Shown in pieces: positions 1 through 7,773 of a stretch of 11,066 nucleotides of DNA. The position numbers and the translations under genes were made by a program. A model generated the notes under the pieces. It was given only the letters and a program-made list of their open reading frames with translations. It ran no database searches and had not been told where the DNA came from. Position 1 is the stretch's first letter, and each line of letters starts with the position of its first letter. Source of the DNA: a virus (lineage: Duplodnaviria > Heunggongvirae > Uroviricota > Caudoviricetes); the IMG/VR virus record IMGVR_UViG_3300042888_001115, positions 1 to 11,066 of that record; one strand, given 5' to 3'.

Positions 1-23
1 GATGCGGTATAAAATAATATCAT
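1..23 (-). CDS. 5' end of the next gene (MILFYTAS..., runs off the window), probably the next baseplate/structural gene
   Basis: ATG at 23-21 overlaps the TAA of the gp6-like gene (TAATG coupling). The frame is open to the window edge. Only 8 codons are visible, so the product is inferred from position alone. Confidence 0.6.
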
Positions 24-2038
24 TATAATGCTCTCCCTTTAATATCTTTCCCTGGATATTTTAATTCAAATATAGAAGGGTCTAATGATGGATAAACAAT
101 TTTGTTTTTAGTTGCTTCTACTATATTATAAGAATATTGTGAATATATAGTTCCACTCGCATCTACTAAATTTACAACCTCAACTTTAGGAACAGATGAA
201 ACACCCGATACATTTGCTATTTCTAATTCTAATTCACTTATATTAATTGGTTGTGAAATTTTCCATTTTGTAATATCAAAATAATTAGCAATTGCTTGTG
301 TACATTTTAATACCACTTCTCTTTTATTATAATTTGAAAATACAGTTATATCAAAGTTAACCCCAATATTAACTACATACCCATCTATAATATTTATAGC
401 ATCTGTCATTAATCTAAATTCTTCTAAATATATTTTTAAGTTTTGTTTAATAGTAGAATTTAATACACTTAATTTACCATATGTATTATATCCCAATAAA
501 TACAAATTAATTGCAAATGGATTGCTTTCTACTGCAAATGTTTGTTTTGTTTTTAAAAATACATCCAATGCATCTATAATCTCAGTATCAGATGATTTTT
601 GTAAATTTTTAACTAATCCAATAAAATCTTTTTTAACTGATGGATTTCTTAGTAATTGTTGCGCTGCTCCCGTATCTATATTTCCATCTTGTTCAACATA
701 TGCTTTTGCAATACTACCAAAAATTGGGTCCATTGCTAATGCTCTAACTTCATAATCCTTTTTAGTTACTGCTCTATTTTGTGCTCCAAAATTTGCAATT
801 GCATTTTCTCTTATTTCTTCTAATGTTTCATTTCCTCTACCACCACTTGCGGGTTCTAAATTTTCAACACCCAATGAATTTTTACTTTGTTGATATGTTG
901 GTAAATCTATATCAGCTATAGCAATTATATCTTCATTAAATGGTGTATAATTTATTTGTGTCAAATCGCCACTTGGTACATTTGCTACTAAACCACCACC
1001 CGCTAAATAAGTAACTGTCAATATTGTATTTGCCGGTGCTATACCATATGTGTTTGTTTTTAAAAAATTAGATGGGTCAAATGATTCACCCATTCTATTA
1101 ATTGAATTCTTTAATCCTAATCCTACGTTTTTAGTATTTGGTATTAATAATTCATCTGGTGTAGATGCGTTTCCACTACCAAATCTTAATTCAACATTTT
1201 GTTCATCCAGTAATCTAGTGACAAACCTTCTAGCTGTTTTTTGTAACTTTAAAAGATACTTAGGTGATTCCGGTCCATGAGAAAGTTTTGGTTCTGCATA
1301 TTCTGAATTTGGTGATTTTATATAAACCAATTCTTGTGCTAAATAAGGAACTTCATAATAGATATTTTCATTTTCATCAATTACTTTTTCTATTTTAATA
1401 AAATTTGTACTATTAATTTTAACCGTTGGGTTTGGTTTAAATTCACCCAAATCAAATTTTTGTGTATATCTAGTTGCACTTACTGCCGTTACTGTTTTTG
1501 TTACCAAATATAACAATACATTACCAGTTGTACTTTCCGTTTGAAATATTGTAATTTCTCTATTATGTGCGTCGGCAAAGTCAACCATATCCGTTGTTAT
1601 AAATTGTAAAGTTGGAGATGATTTAGAATTAACAACCATACCTTCATTTATTTTTAAATAGTATCTTTCATCTGGTTCACCATTTATTGCAGGTAAGGTT
1701 TGGTATAATGTTAATGTAGTAGCAGCCGGTGAGGAAATTTTTGGTTTATATCCTAAATTTTGCGCCAATTGATAAATATTATTTTTATTACCAGCTAAAT
1801 TAATAAAAGATTCTTTTAATTGTGCATCGGTATAATAAGAAAGTACATCACCTACATATGAAGCTTGTTCAATAAACATCATACCAGGTGATGCTTCACT
1901 AAAATCATTGTATGTACTACTAAAATATGTTTTAGTAAATTCTATTAATGCTTGTCTTAAAGAACTAAAATCTCTATTGGTATATTTTATATCCTTTTTA
2001 TTAGTTGACCAGCTTTTATCTATTGGATTAAGAGCCAT
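23..2038 (-). CDS. Baseplate wedge protein, T4 gp6 / P2 gpJ (Baseplate_J)-like, 671 aa
   Basis: N-terminal 'RDFSSLRQALIEFTKTYF..YNDFSEASPGMMFIEQASYVGDVLSYY' and 'GGRGNETLEEIRENAIANFGAQNRAVTKKDY' match the conserved gp6/J blocks. It lies directly downstream of a gp25-like gene. Confidence 0.9.
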   Translation of the reverse strand: MALNPIDKSWSTNKKDIKYTNRDFSSLRQALIEFTKTYFSSTYNDFSEASPGMMFIEQASYVGDVLSYYTDAQLKESFINLAGNKNNIYQLAQNLGYKPKISSPAATTLTLYQTLPAINGEPDERYYLKINEGMVVNSKSSPTLQFITTDMVDFADAHNREITIFQTESTTGNVLLYLVTKTVTAVSATRYTQKFDLGEFKPNPTVKINSTNFIKIEKVIDENENIYYEVPYLAQELVYIKSPNSEYAEPKLSHGPESPKYLLKLQKTARRFVTRLLDEQNVELRFGSGNASTPDELLIPNTKNVGLGLKNSINRMGESFDPSNFLKTNTYGIAPANTILTVTYLAGGGLVANVPSGDLTQINYTPFNEDIIAIADIDLPTYQQSKNSLGVENLEPASGGRGNETLEEIRENAIANFGAQNRAVTKKDYEVRALAMDPIFGSIAKAYVEQDGNIDTGAAQQLLRNPSVKKDFIGLVKNLQKSSDTEIIDALDVFLKTKQTFAVESNPFAINLYLLGYNTYGKLSVLNSTIKQNLKIYLEEFRLMTDAINIIDGYVVNIGVNFDITVFSNYNKREVVLKCTQAIANYFDITKWKISQPINISELELEIANVSGVSSVPKVEVVNLVDASGTIYSQYSYNIVEATKNKIVYPSLDPSIFELKYPGKDIKGRAL

Positions 2039-2039
2039 A

Positions 2040-2462
2040 TTATATTACTATGTTTAATTGTTCTAATGTTGTTGAATTTGAATATTTCAAACTATATTTC
2101 AATTCTAAATCTATTCTATTCATATCTTTTAATGAATCAGATATATCATATACAATACTTTCAATATTAACATATGGCATCCATCTATTAATTGCTTCAG
2201 TAATTCTTGTTTCTAATATAGTATCTAAATCAGATGTAATTGGTTCAAATAAAACTTTTCTTAAATCAGCCCCAAAATCAGGCTCCATTAATCTTTCACC
2301 TTTGTTAGTTAGTATTAAAGATTTAATATTAGTTTTAATTTGTTCTTTAGTTGTATAAGACACATTAAAATAACCATTATCACCTTTGGTGAGTGGTAAT
2401 GTAATACCTACACTTTTATCTTGTTCATCAATTACAAATTTCTTTTCTAATACTATTGCCAC
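2040..2462 (-). CDS. Baseplate wedge / sheath-initiator protein, GPW/gp25 family, 140 aa (GTG start)
   Basis: 'EQIKTNIKSLILTNKGERLMEPDFGADLRKVLFEP...ITEAINRWMPYV' is the gp25 signature (T.kGER...P.FG..l...lFEP). The start codon is GTG at 2462-2460, preceded by GGGGT 7 nt upstream. Confidence 0.92.
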   Translation of the reverse strand: MAIVLEKKFVIDEQDKSVGITLPLTKGDNGYFNVSYTTKEQIKTNIKSLILTNKGERLMEPDFGADLRKVLFEPITSDLDTILETRITEAINRWMPYVNIESIVYDISDSLKDMNRIDLELKYSLKYSNSTTLEQLNIVI

Positions 2463-2474
2463 TTAGGTTACCCC

Positions 2475-2930
2475 TTATTTGAATTTTTTTACTAATTGTG
2501 AATAATCTCTTGTCATTGCTTTCATAACCGCATTAGCCGCTTCTGGATTCCTTCTTGCTGCCATTGCCATCTTATGTTCTAATGGAATTCCACCTTCTTC
2601 TTGTCCTTGCATATAAGAACTATACTCCGATTGAATTCCACCAACAGGTGCTTCGGGTTGTGCGTATTCTTTAAAATTATCTCCATATCCTAAATCAGCC
2701 GGTGATATCATAGGTCTTGCGGCCTGTGGTCTTTGCCCGTATTGGATTGTGCCGTAGCTACCATCATCTTTTGATTTAAATTCGTAACTTTCGTTCACTT
2801 GTTTCTTTGGTGTTTCAATTTGTTCGTTTAACACTTCGTGAACAGCATTTCGTATTTCTTCTTTAAGAGTTTTTTTAATATCCTCTCTTAAAACTTTTAC
2901 TATTGCTTTGATTAATTGTGTTTGGTCCAT
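2475..2930 (-). CDS. Hypothetical protein, 151 aa; amphipathic N- and C-terminal helices around a Pro/Gly-rich, probably disordered centre; likely virion-associated
   Basis: Clean ORF tiling between structural genes, with ATG start and TAA stop. No enzymatic motif recognised. Confidence 0.75.
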   Translation of the reverse strand: MDQTQLIKAIVKVLREDIKKTLKEEIRNAVHEVLNEQIETPKKQVNESYEFKSKDDGSYGTIQYGQRPQAARPMISPADLGYGDNFKEYAQPEAPVGGIQSEYSSYMQGQEEGGIPLEHKMAMAARRNPEAANAVMKAMTRDYSQLVKKFK

Positions 2931-2960
2931 AAAATTGTTTTTTCTATATATAATTATTTG
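2931..2960 (-). promoter_or_regulatory. AT-rich intergenic element containing ATAATTATATATA; candidate late promoter for the 151-aa/gp25/gp6 genes
   Basis: The minus strand reads CAAATAATTATATATAGAAAAAACAATTTT-ATG. It resembles the ATATTTATA element at 6055-6063. The motif is low-complexity in an AT-rich genome. Confidence 0.35.
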
Positions 2961-4325
2961 TTATTTCTTTTTTGGGATAATAAATCCATTAATTGATGCT
3001 AATCTTGGGTTCTTTAAAAATACACCCACCCCATCTCTATTAAATCCACCACCGGTTGTGTTTCCTTCAATTGATGTAATCCTACCTTGTGAATTTGGTT
3101 TAGGGTCAGTTACTATACCAATATGATGTGGATGTCCTACTCCATTTGCATAAATAATAGCTGCACCAATTACCGGAGTTGATGACCATAATCCGTTTTT
3201 AATTGCCCATGCTTTCCATGCTGCACATCCCGCTGAGTTTGGTGATTTAGCGCCTGCTTGCTTAAACCAATAACTAACGGCAGCCGCACACCAAAACGCA
3301 GGCCCATTAATCCCAGTTCCATTTAAATATGTAGTAACATACCCACCATAGTTAGATTTGGGTGGAGTTTCCATTACAGGAATAGAAGCCGCTGCTTTTG
3401 CATATGCTACAATTCTTTTACCCACATCATCATCCTTAGTAGATTGTTGTATATTATTTAATGCGGCAGGGTCTACTCCTTTTGATACATTCATTCCGGT
3501 GGCCAACTTTTCAACCGCTAATGATTTCATTTCTCTAGCGGTTTGTACTGTCCTTGTCGCAGGTCCACTATAATCTGCCTCTTGGTCTTCTAATGCTATA
3601 CCAGGTTTTTTTGTTTCTTCTTTTGCCGCTGCATCTGAATATTTTTCTATAACTGCATCTGCTTGTTTTATTTCTTCTTTTGCACCCTCTTCTTCTTCTT
3701 TTGTTAATTTAAAATCTGCATTATTAAATTCAAATAATGGCGCAGCTTTTATAGAGTTAGATTGTCCAGGTTCTACTATATACACACTCCAATTAATAAT
3801 AGCAGGCCCAACTGGCATAGGAGGAATGTATTGTGATAATGTATAACAAACCCCTTGAATTGTTTGTAAATGTATTTTAGCTAACATAATAAAGTTATCT
3901 AAAAAAATATCAACCTCTTTTATGGGTGGCGTATATCCACTACCAAATTTACCAGGAGTAGTAACTAAGTTATCGGTTACTGATAAATTTAATATTGTAC
4001 CAATTGCAGGTATAATCGGTGTGTTTGTTTTTTGTAATGTTGCACCCGTCCAATATCCAACTACTGCTAATCCTAATAATGTTAAATATGAATTATAAAA
4101 CGCTGGTGTTTTTGCAACCAAAGCAATATTACCGGCGTTTATAATTAATTGTTGCATTAATTCTGTATTGCCTTTCAATACGGGATTGCCGGTTGTAGCA
4201 TCTTTACCACGCTTCATTGCCTCATCATATTTTCTAGTAAAGAAAATGGCAAATTCGTCAGAAGTTTTCCAACTTGCTGCTTTCATTTTATCACCCACTT
4301 CATCTTTAAATTGAGACCAAGACAT
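2961..4325 (-). CDS. Baseplate-associated protein with a C-terminal CHAP (cysteine/histidine-dependent amidohydrolase/peptidase) domain; putative virion-associated peptidoglycan hydrolase, 454 aa
   Basis: The C-terminal ~150 aa contain 'ET.P.SN.GG.V..Y...G..GPAFWCAAAVSYWF' (Cys346, codon 3288-3290), 'HHIGIV' (His401, 3123-3125) and 'IEGNT' (Glu420, 3066-3068). It is coupled to the spike gene by a TAATG overlap at 4323-4327. Confidence 0.82.
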   Translation of the reverse strand: MSWSQFKDEVGDKMKAASWKTSDEFAIFFTRKYDEAMKRGKDATTGNPVLKGNTELMQQLIINAGNIALVAKTPAFYNSYLTLLGLAVVGYWTGATLQKTNTPIIPAIGTILNLSVTDNLVTTPGKFGSGYTPPIKEVDIFLDNFIMLAKIHLQTIQGVCYTLSQYIPPMPVGPAIINWSVYIVEPGQSNSIKAAPLFEFNNADFKLTKEEEEGAKEEIKQADAVIEKYSDAAAKEETKKPGIALEDQEADYSGPATRTVQTAREMKSLAVEKLATGMNVSKGVDPAALNNIQQSTKDDDVGKRIVAYAKAAASIPVMETPPKSNYGGYVTTYLNGTGINGPAFWCAAAVSYWFKQAGAKSPNSAGCAAWKAWAIKNGLWSSTPVIGAAIIYANGVGHPHHIGIVTDPKPNSQGRITSIEGNTTGGGFNRDGVGVFLKNPRLASINGFIIPKKK

Positions 4326-5623
4326 TATATTAAATAATTAGTTTTAGATAACGCTGTTTTTAAATTATTCTTAACTTGATTAAATGGAGATTTATCAATA
4401 GGCCCTGGAGCCGAAGGACCAGATGGAGTTGCAATCGTCATTGCATTTATTGCATCTATTAATTGTGTTAATAAATCAACCAATGTATTACCTAATATCA
4501 TTTGTTGTGTTGCACCATCCTTACCTGCATATATTTTTCCATTCTCAACTGTTAATACAATATTCTTACTACCTTTTGTTTGTAATTGTACATTACCATT
4601 TTGAGAAATAAGATTAAATCCTTTTTCCGTATCTATGGTAACAATATCATCTGTAAAAATACTAAATGTTTTTTTACTAAACAAAAATGTTTCAGCTGTT
4701 TTTGATGAAAAAATTAATCTACCACTATTAACAACTAATTGATTTCCTTTTAAATCATCCGATGATGGATATTTAGCAATTGCTTCTTTATTAACTTTTA
4801 TAGTGGTGGAATCATATAATGTACTATATTCACCTGATGTAATTTGAATTGAAGTACCATCTTTATTAATATCTTCAATCGTTGTTCCAAATACTTTATT
4901 ATTTTGTTGTGAATCTGCATTTTCTCCATTACGAATTAATATAGCTGGATATTGTTTACCATCTATCTTATCACTATGAATATAACCACTAAATCTAATA
5001 CTATTACCAAATTTACCCTGAATAATAGTATCGCCTTCGTTTGGTTTTAATTGGTGTAATTTAATGTTCCTTTTATAGTATTTTCCTTGAAACCCTTTAT
5101 TTGTTTTTGATTTGGTATTTGTTGGTACATCACTATTTGCTATACCTGTTTGTGATACTTCTTTATAATTTTCAACGCCACCACCTGTTGATGATTCATC
5201 TGTTTTTTTAATGGATGCATTTAATATATTAATATTAGTATTAAATCCAGTTGTGTTTTGAAATGAAATTGGTGTATAAAAATTTTTACCATTTATTGTT
5301 TGAATATAAACTGTTTCATTTTTTACAGGTAATGTAAAATTATATCTATTTAATGGAAATGCAATAGGTAAACCCTCTTCTTTAGTTTCACTACTATCTG
5401 GCAATCTATATTTTATAGCACCATAATATACACCATCTTTTTCTTCATAATCAGAATTGTTTTCTATTTCTTCAAATAATTTATCGGAATCATTTGTTTT
5501 CTCAACTAAATCATCAATTTCGGTAAATACAAAATTGACAATACCAAGTAACGAAGCATCTGCTTTTGAAGATTGCCCCGCTGCTACTCTACCTCCGGTG
5601 GTAGATTGTCCAAATTGTGCCAT
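4325..5623 (-). CDS. Baseplate central spike/hub, gp5/gpV/VgrG-like, without a recognisable lysozyme domain, 432 aa
   Basis: N-terminal OB-fold-like 'YYGAIKYR...IAFPL...LPVKNETVYI', then 'EGDTIIQGKFGNSIRF'. A beta-rich repeat tract (FSKKTFSIFTDDIVTIDTEKGFNLISQNGNVQLQT) fits a beta-helix. It ends in a gpV-like 'LGNTLVDLLTQLIDAINAMTIATPSGPSAPGP'. It lies upstream of gp25 and gp6. Confidence 0.72.
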   Translation of the reverse strand: MAQFGQSTTGGRVAAGQSSKADASLLGIVNFVFTEIDDLVEKTNDSDKLFEEIENNSDYEEKDGVYYGAIKYRLPDSSETKEEGLPIAFPLNRYNFTLPVKNETVYIQTINGKNFYTPISFQNTTGFNTNINILNASIKKTDESSTGGGVENYKEVSQTGIANSDVPTNTKSKTNKGFQGKYYKRNIKLHQLKPNEGDTIIQGKFGNSIRFSGYIHSDKIDGKQYPAILIRNGENADSQQNNKVFGTTIEDINKDGTSIQITSGEYSTLYDSTTIKVNKEAIAKYPSSDDLKGNQLVVNSGRLIFSSKTAETFLFSKKTFSIFTDDIVTIDTEKGFNLISQNGNVQLQTKGSKNIVLTVENGKIYAGKDGATQQMILGNTLVDLLTQLIDAINAMTIATPSGPSAPGPIDKSPFNQVKNNLKTALSKTNYLI

Positions 5624-5624
5624 T

Positions 5625-6044
5625 TTATTTTCCTAATGTTTCTTTTAATAAATCAATTTCGTATTCTAAATCTTCAATCTTATCATCTGTACTTTGTGTA
5701 ATTTCTTTAGCTACTACATCCATTTCTTCTAATAATGCTTTTTTATCATCTTCACTTAACCAACCTTCATCACCTGCTTTTTTAGTGTTTGCTAATACTA
5801 ACTTTTGTGCTATATTTGCAATCTTAATTAAATGGTCATCATTACTAATACTTGCTTCAATTAGTTGTGTAATTATTGGTCCTATTGTAATTACATCTGA
5901 TGCTTTGGTTACCAATTTTCGCATTTCTTGAATTAAATCCGAAATGTTTTTCTTTTTACTTTGTTGATTTTCATAAATATCACCCAACAAATCACTAAAT
6001 GTTTTTCCTTTAAATAAAGGAAAATTCATGTCTACGCTTGCCAT
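5625..6044 (-). CDS. Hypothetical alpha-helical/coiled-coil phage protein with an acidic C-terminus, 139 aa
   Basis: Clean ORF whose stop lies 1 nt before the spike start codon. First gene after the putative late motif. No family recognised with confidence. Confidence 0.75.
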   Translation of the reverse strand: MASVDMNFPLFKGKTFSDLLGDIYENQQSKKKNISDLIQEMRKLVTKASDVITIGPIITQLIEASISNDDHLIKIANIAQKLVLANTKKAGDEGWLSEDDKKALLEEMDVVAKEITQSTDDKIEDLEYEIDLLKETLGK

Positions 6045-6078
6045 AAATCTTTTTTATAAATATTGTGTATTTAAAAAC
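6045..6078 (-). promoter_or_regulatory. Candidate late promoter (minus strand ...TAAATACACAATATTTATAAAAAAGATTT-ATG) at the start of the structural block
   Basis: This 34-nt gap is the only one between the enzyme block and the baseplate block. It contains ATATTTATA 10 nt before the ATG and a short inverted repeat, TAAATA-cacaa-TATTTA. The plus strand reads TATAAATA at 6055-6062. Confidence 0.45.
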
Positions 6079-7773
6079 TTACTTACTAATCAAATAATTA
6101 CCTAATACTAAGTAATCCATTTCACAACTATAAAATGTTTTAATAGCAGTTACTGGGTCTAATACCATAGTTTGACCTCTAAGATTGAATGAGGTATTGA
6201 GTAAGATAGGATAACCACTTAACTTTTCAAATTTCTTAAGTAGTGTAAAAATATGTGGATTGAAAGTAGAACGAACTGTTTGAACTCTCGCGGTTTCATC
6301 AGCATGAGTAATTGATGGTAAACCTGCAATAAATTTATCCTTAACTTTAAATACTTGATTCATATAAGGAACTTCTTGTCCTAACATCTCAAAGTATTTA
6401 TTTGCATCATCGGATGTAACCATTGGTGCGAAAGGTCTAAATCCTTCTCTTTTTTTAATTACTCTATTTACCTTTGGTTTAATATCTTTGATTGTTGGAT
6501 TTGCTAATATAGAACGATGTCCTAATGCTCTTTGTCCAAATTCACTACCATCTTGAAACCATCCTATAATTGCACCATCATTAATTAAACCAGCCACTTT
6601 TTCTATTAATGGATTATAGTTTTCAAATCTTTTTACTTTATCATGTGGAACTAAATCTGCGATTGCAGATATAAAATCCGCTGCTCCATACGAAGGTCCT
6701 AAAAATGGATTTGAATTATCCACTCTTTTATAATTTGATGTTTTGTAATAAACGTATAAAGCACATCCAATAGCAGAACCTGCATCAGATGGGGCTGGTG
6801 GTACATATACATTCTTATAAGGAGTTTCTATTGTTATCTTACCATTTGCTAATCCATTATATGCACACCCACCACTTAAACATAAATTGTCTTGTGGGTA
6901 ATGTTTATAAAAGTTATTTAACATTTGGAAAAATAATCTTTCGTAATGTGCTTGTAATGAAAATGCAATATCCATATAAACAGGTTCTAACTCACTTTCG
7001 GGAACTCTCGGTGCTACATTAAATAGTTCTGCTAGTTTAGAAGTAAACATACCTTTCTCTGAATAATGATATGAGAAATATTTCATATCTAATTCTAATG
7101 TATTACCATTTAATTTAGCAATCTTTTCAAATTGTTCTCTATATAAATCTTTTTGATTACCATATGCCACTAATCCCATTACTTTGTATTCACCACTATT
7201 TGGTTTAAATCCTAAGAATGCGGTAATACTTGCATATAATAATCCTAATGAATGTGGGAAATAAGTTCTCTCTAATGGTTGTATATATCTACTTTTTAAC
7301 CCTAATCCTAATATTGCTGTTTCGTTTTCGCCAACACCATCTACGGAGAATAGATGTGCATTTTCAAATGGTGATGTATAGAATGAATATGCTAAATGTG
7401 ATATGTGATGTTCTACATATTCTATTGAACCTTTATATCCTAATTGTGTACGAATAATATTTTCAATGTTATTATTCTTTCTCCAAAATATAAGTTTCTT
7501 AGTTAATCCAATTGTTTTAGGGAAATACCTAAACCATTGTTCTTTAAATCTTTCGTATTTTTTCTTAGGGTCTTCGTACCAAACAATTTTATCTATTTGG
7601 TTAATCTTTAATTTGTTTTGTTTTAGAATCCAATTAATTGAATTGATAGGAAATCTTTGGTCGTGCTTTATACCTGTAAATCTTTCTTCTTCTTGTGCCG
7701 ATACAACTTTGCCATCTACAATCAATGCAGCTGCTGAGTCGTGGTAAAATGCTGATATTCCTAATATTCTCAT
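6079..7773 (-). CDS. O-carbamoyltransferase, NodU/CmcH/TobZ family (Kae1-like N-domain + YrdC-like C-domain), 564 aa from the likely ATG
   Basis: Motifs: MRILGISAFYHDSAAAL, EEERF..IKHD, EHHISH, DGVGE, EYKVMGLVAYG, LSGGCAYN, PAPSDAGSAIG, EFGQRALGHRSILANP, KREGFRPFAP, TARVQTV, LLNTSFN. The start is revised from TTG 7794 to ATG 7773, which forms an ATGA overlap with the sigma stop codon (7770-7772). Confidence 0.95.
   Translation of the reverse strand: MRILGISAFYHDSAAALIVDGKVVSAQEEERFTGIKHDQRFPINSINWILKQNKLKINQIDKIVWYEDPKKKYERFKEQWFRYFPKTIGLTKKLIFWRKNNNIENIIRTQLGYKGSIEYVEHHISHLAYSFYTSPFENAHLFSVDGVGENETAILGLGLKSRYIQPLERTYFPHSLGLLYASITAFLGFKPNSGEYKVMGLVAYGNQKDLYREQFEKIAKLNGNTLELDMKYFSYHYSEKGMFTSKLAELFNVAPRVPESELEPVYMDIAFSLQAHYERLFFQMLNNFYKHYPQDNLCLSGGCAYNGLANGKITIETPYKNVYVPPAPSDAGSAIGCALYVYYKTSNYKRVDNSNPFLGPSYGAADFISAIADLVPHDKVKRFENYNPLIEKVAGLINDGAIIGWFQDGSEFGQRALGHRSILANPTIKDIKPKVNRVIKKREGFRPFAPMVTSDDANKYFEMLGQEVPYMNQVFKVKDKFIAGLPSITHADETARVQTVRSTFNPHIFTLLKKFEKLSGYPILLNTSFNLRGQTMVLDPVTAIKTFYSCEMDYLVLGNYLISK

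Noticed and set aside
2463-2478. GGGGT SD-like sequence and a tiny AGG-GGTAA-CCT hairpin before the GTG start of gp25
   Set aside because: A 3-bp stem is too weak to be a terminator or regulator, and a single SD-like site is not informative.
3000-3600. Locally higher GC over the CHAP domain (about 45-50% in lines 3181-3300) as evidence of recent acquisition
   Set aside because: Largely explained by Ala/Gly/Trp/Pro-rich coding. It needs a GC3 or codon-usage test before any claim.
23-5623. Bacterial chromosomal eCIS, tailocin or T6SS locus with flanking housekeeping genes (def, iscA)
   Set aside because: The gp55-like sigma, single-strand overlapping gene packing, T4-gp6-sized wedge and unlinked auxiliary genes fit a large lytic phage better. 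No T6SS membrane complex or eCIS ATPase is visible, although the window alone cannot formally exclude it.
6055-6062. Exact T4 late promoter TATAAATA on the plus strand driving an antisense RNA against the carbamoyltransferase/sigma mRNA
   Set aside because: An all-AT 8-mer is expected by chance here, and the minus-strand reading upstream of structural genes is more parsimonious. Kept only as an orientation caveat.
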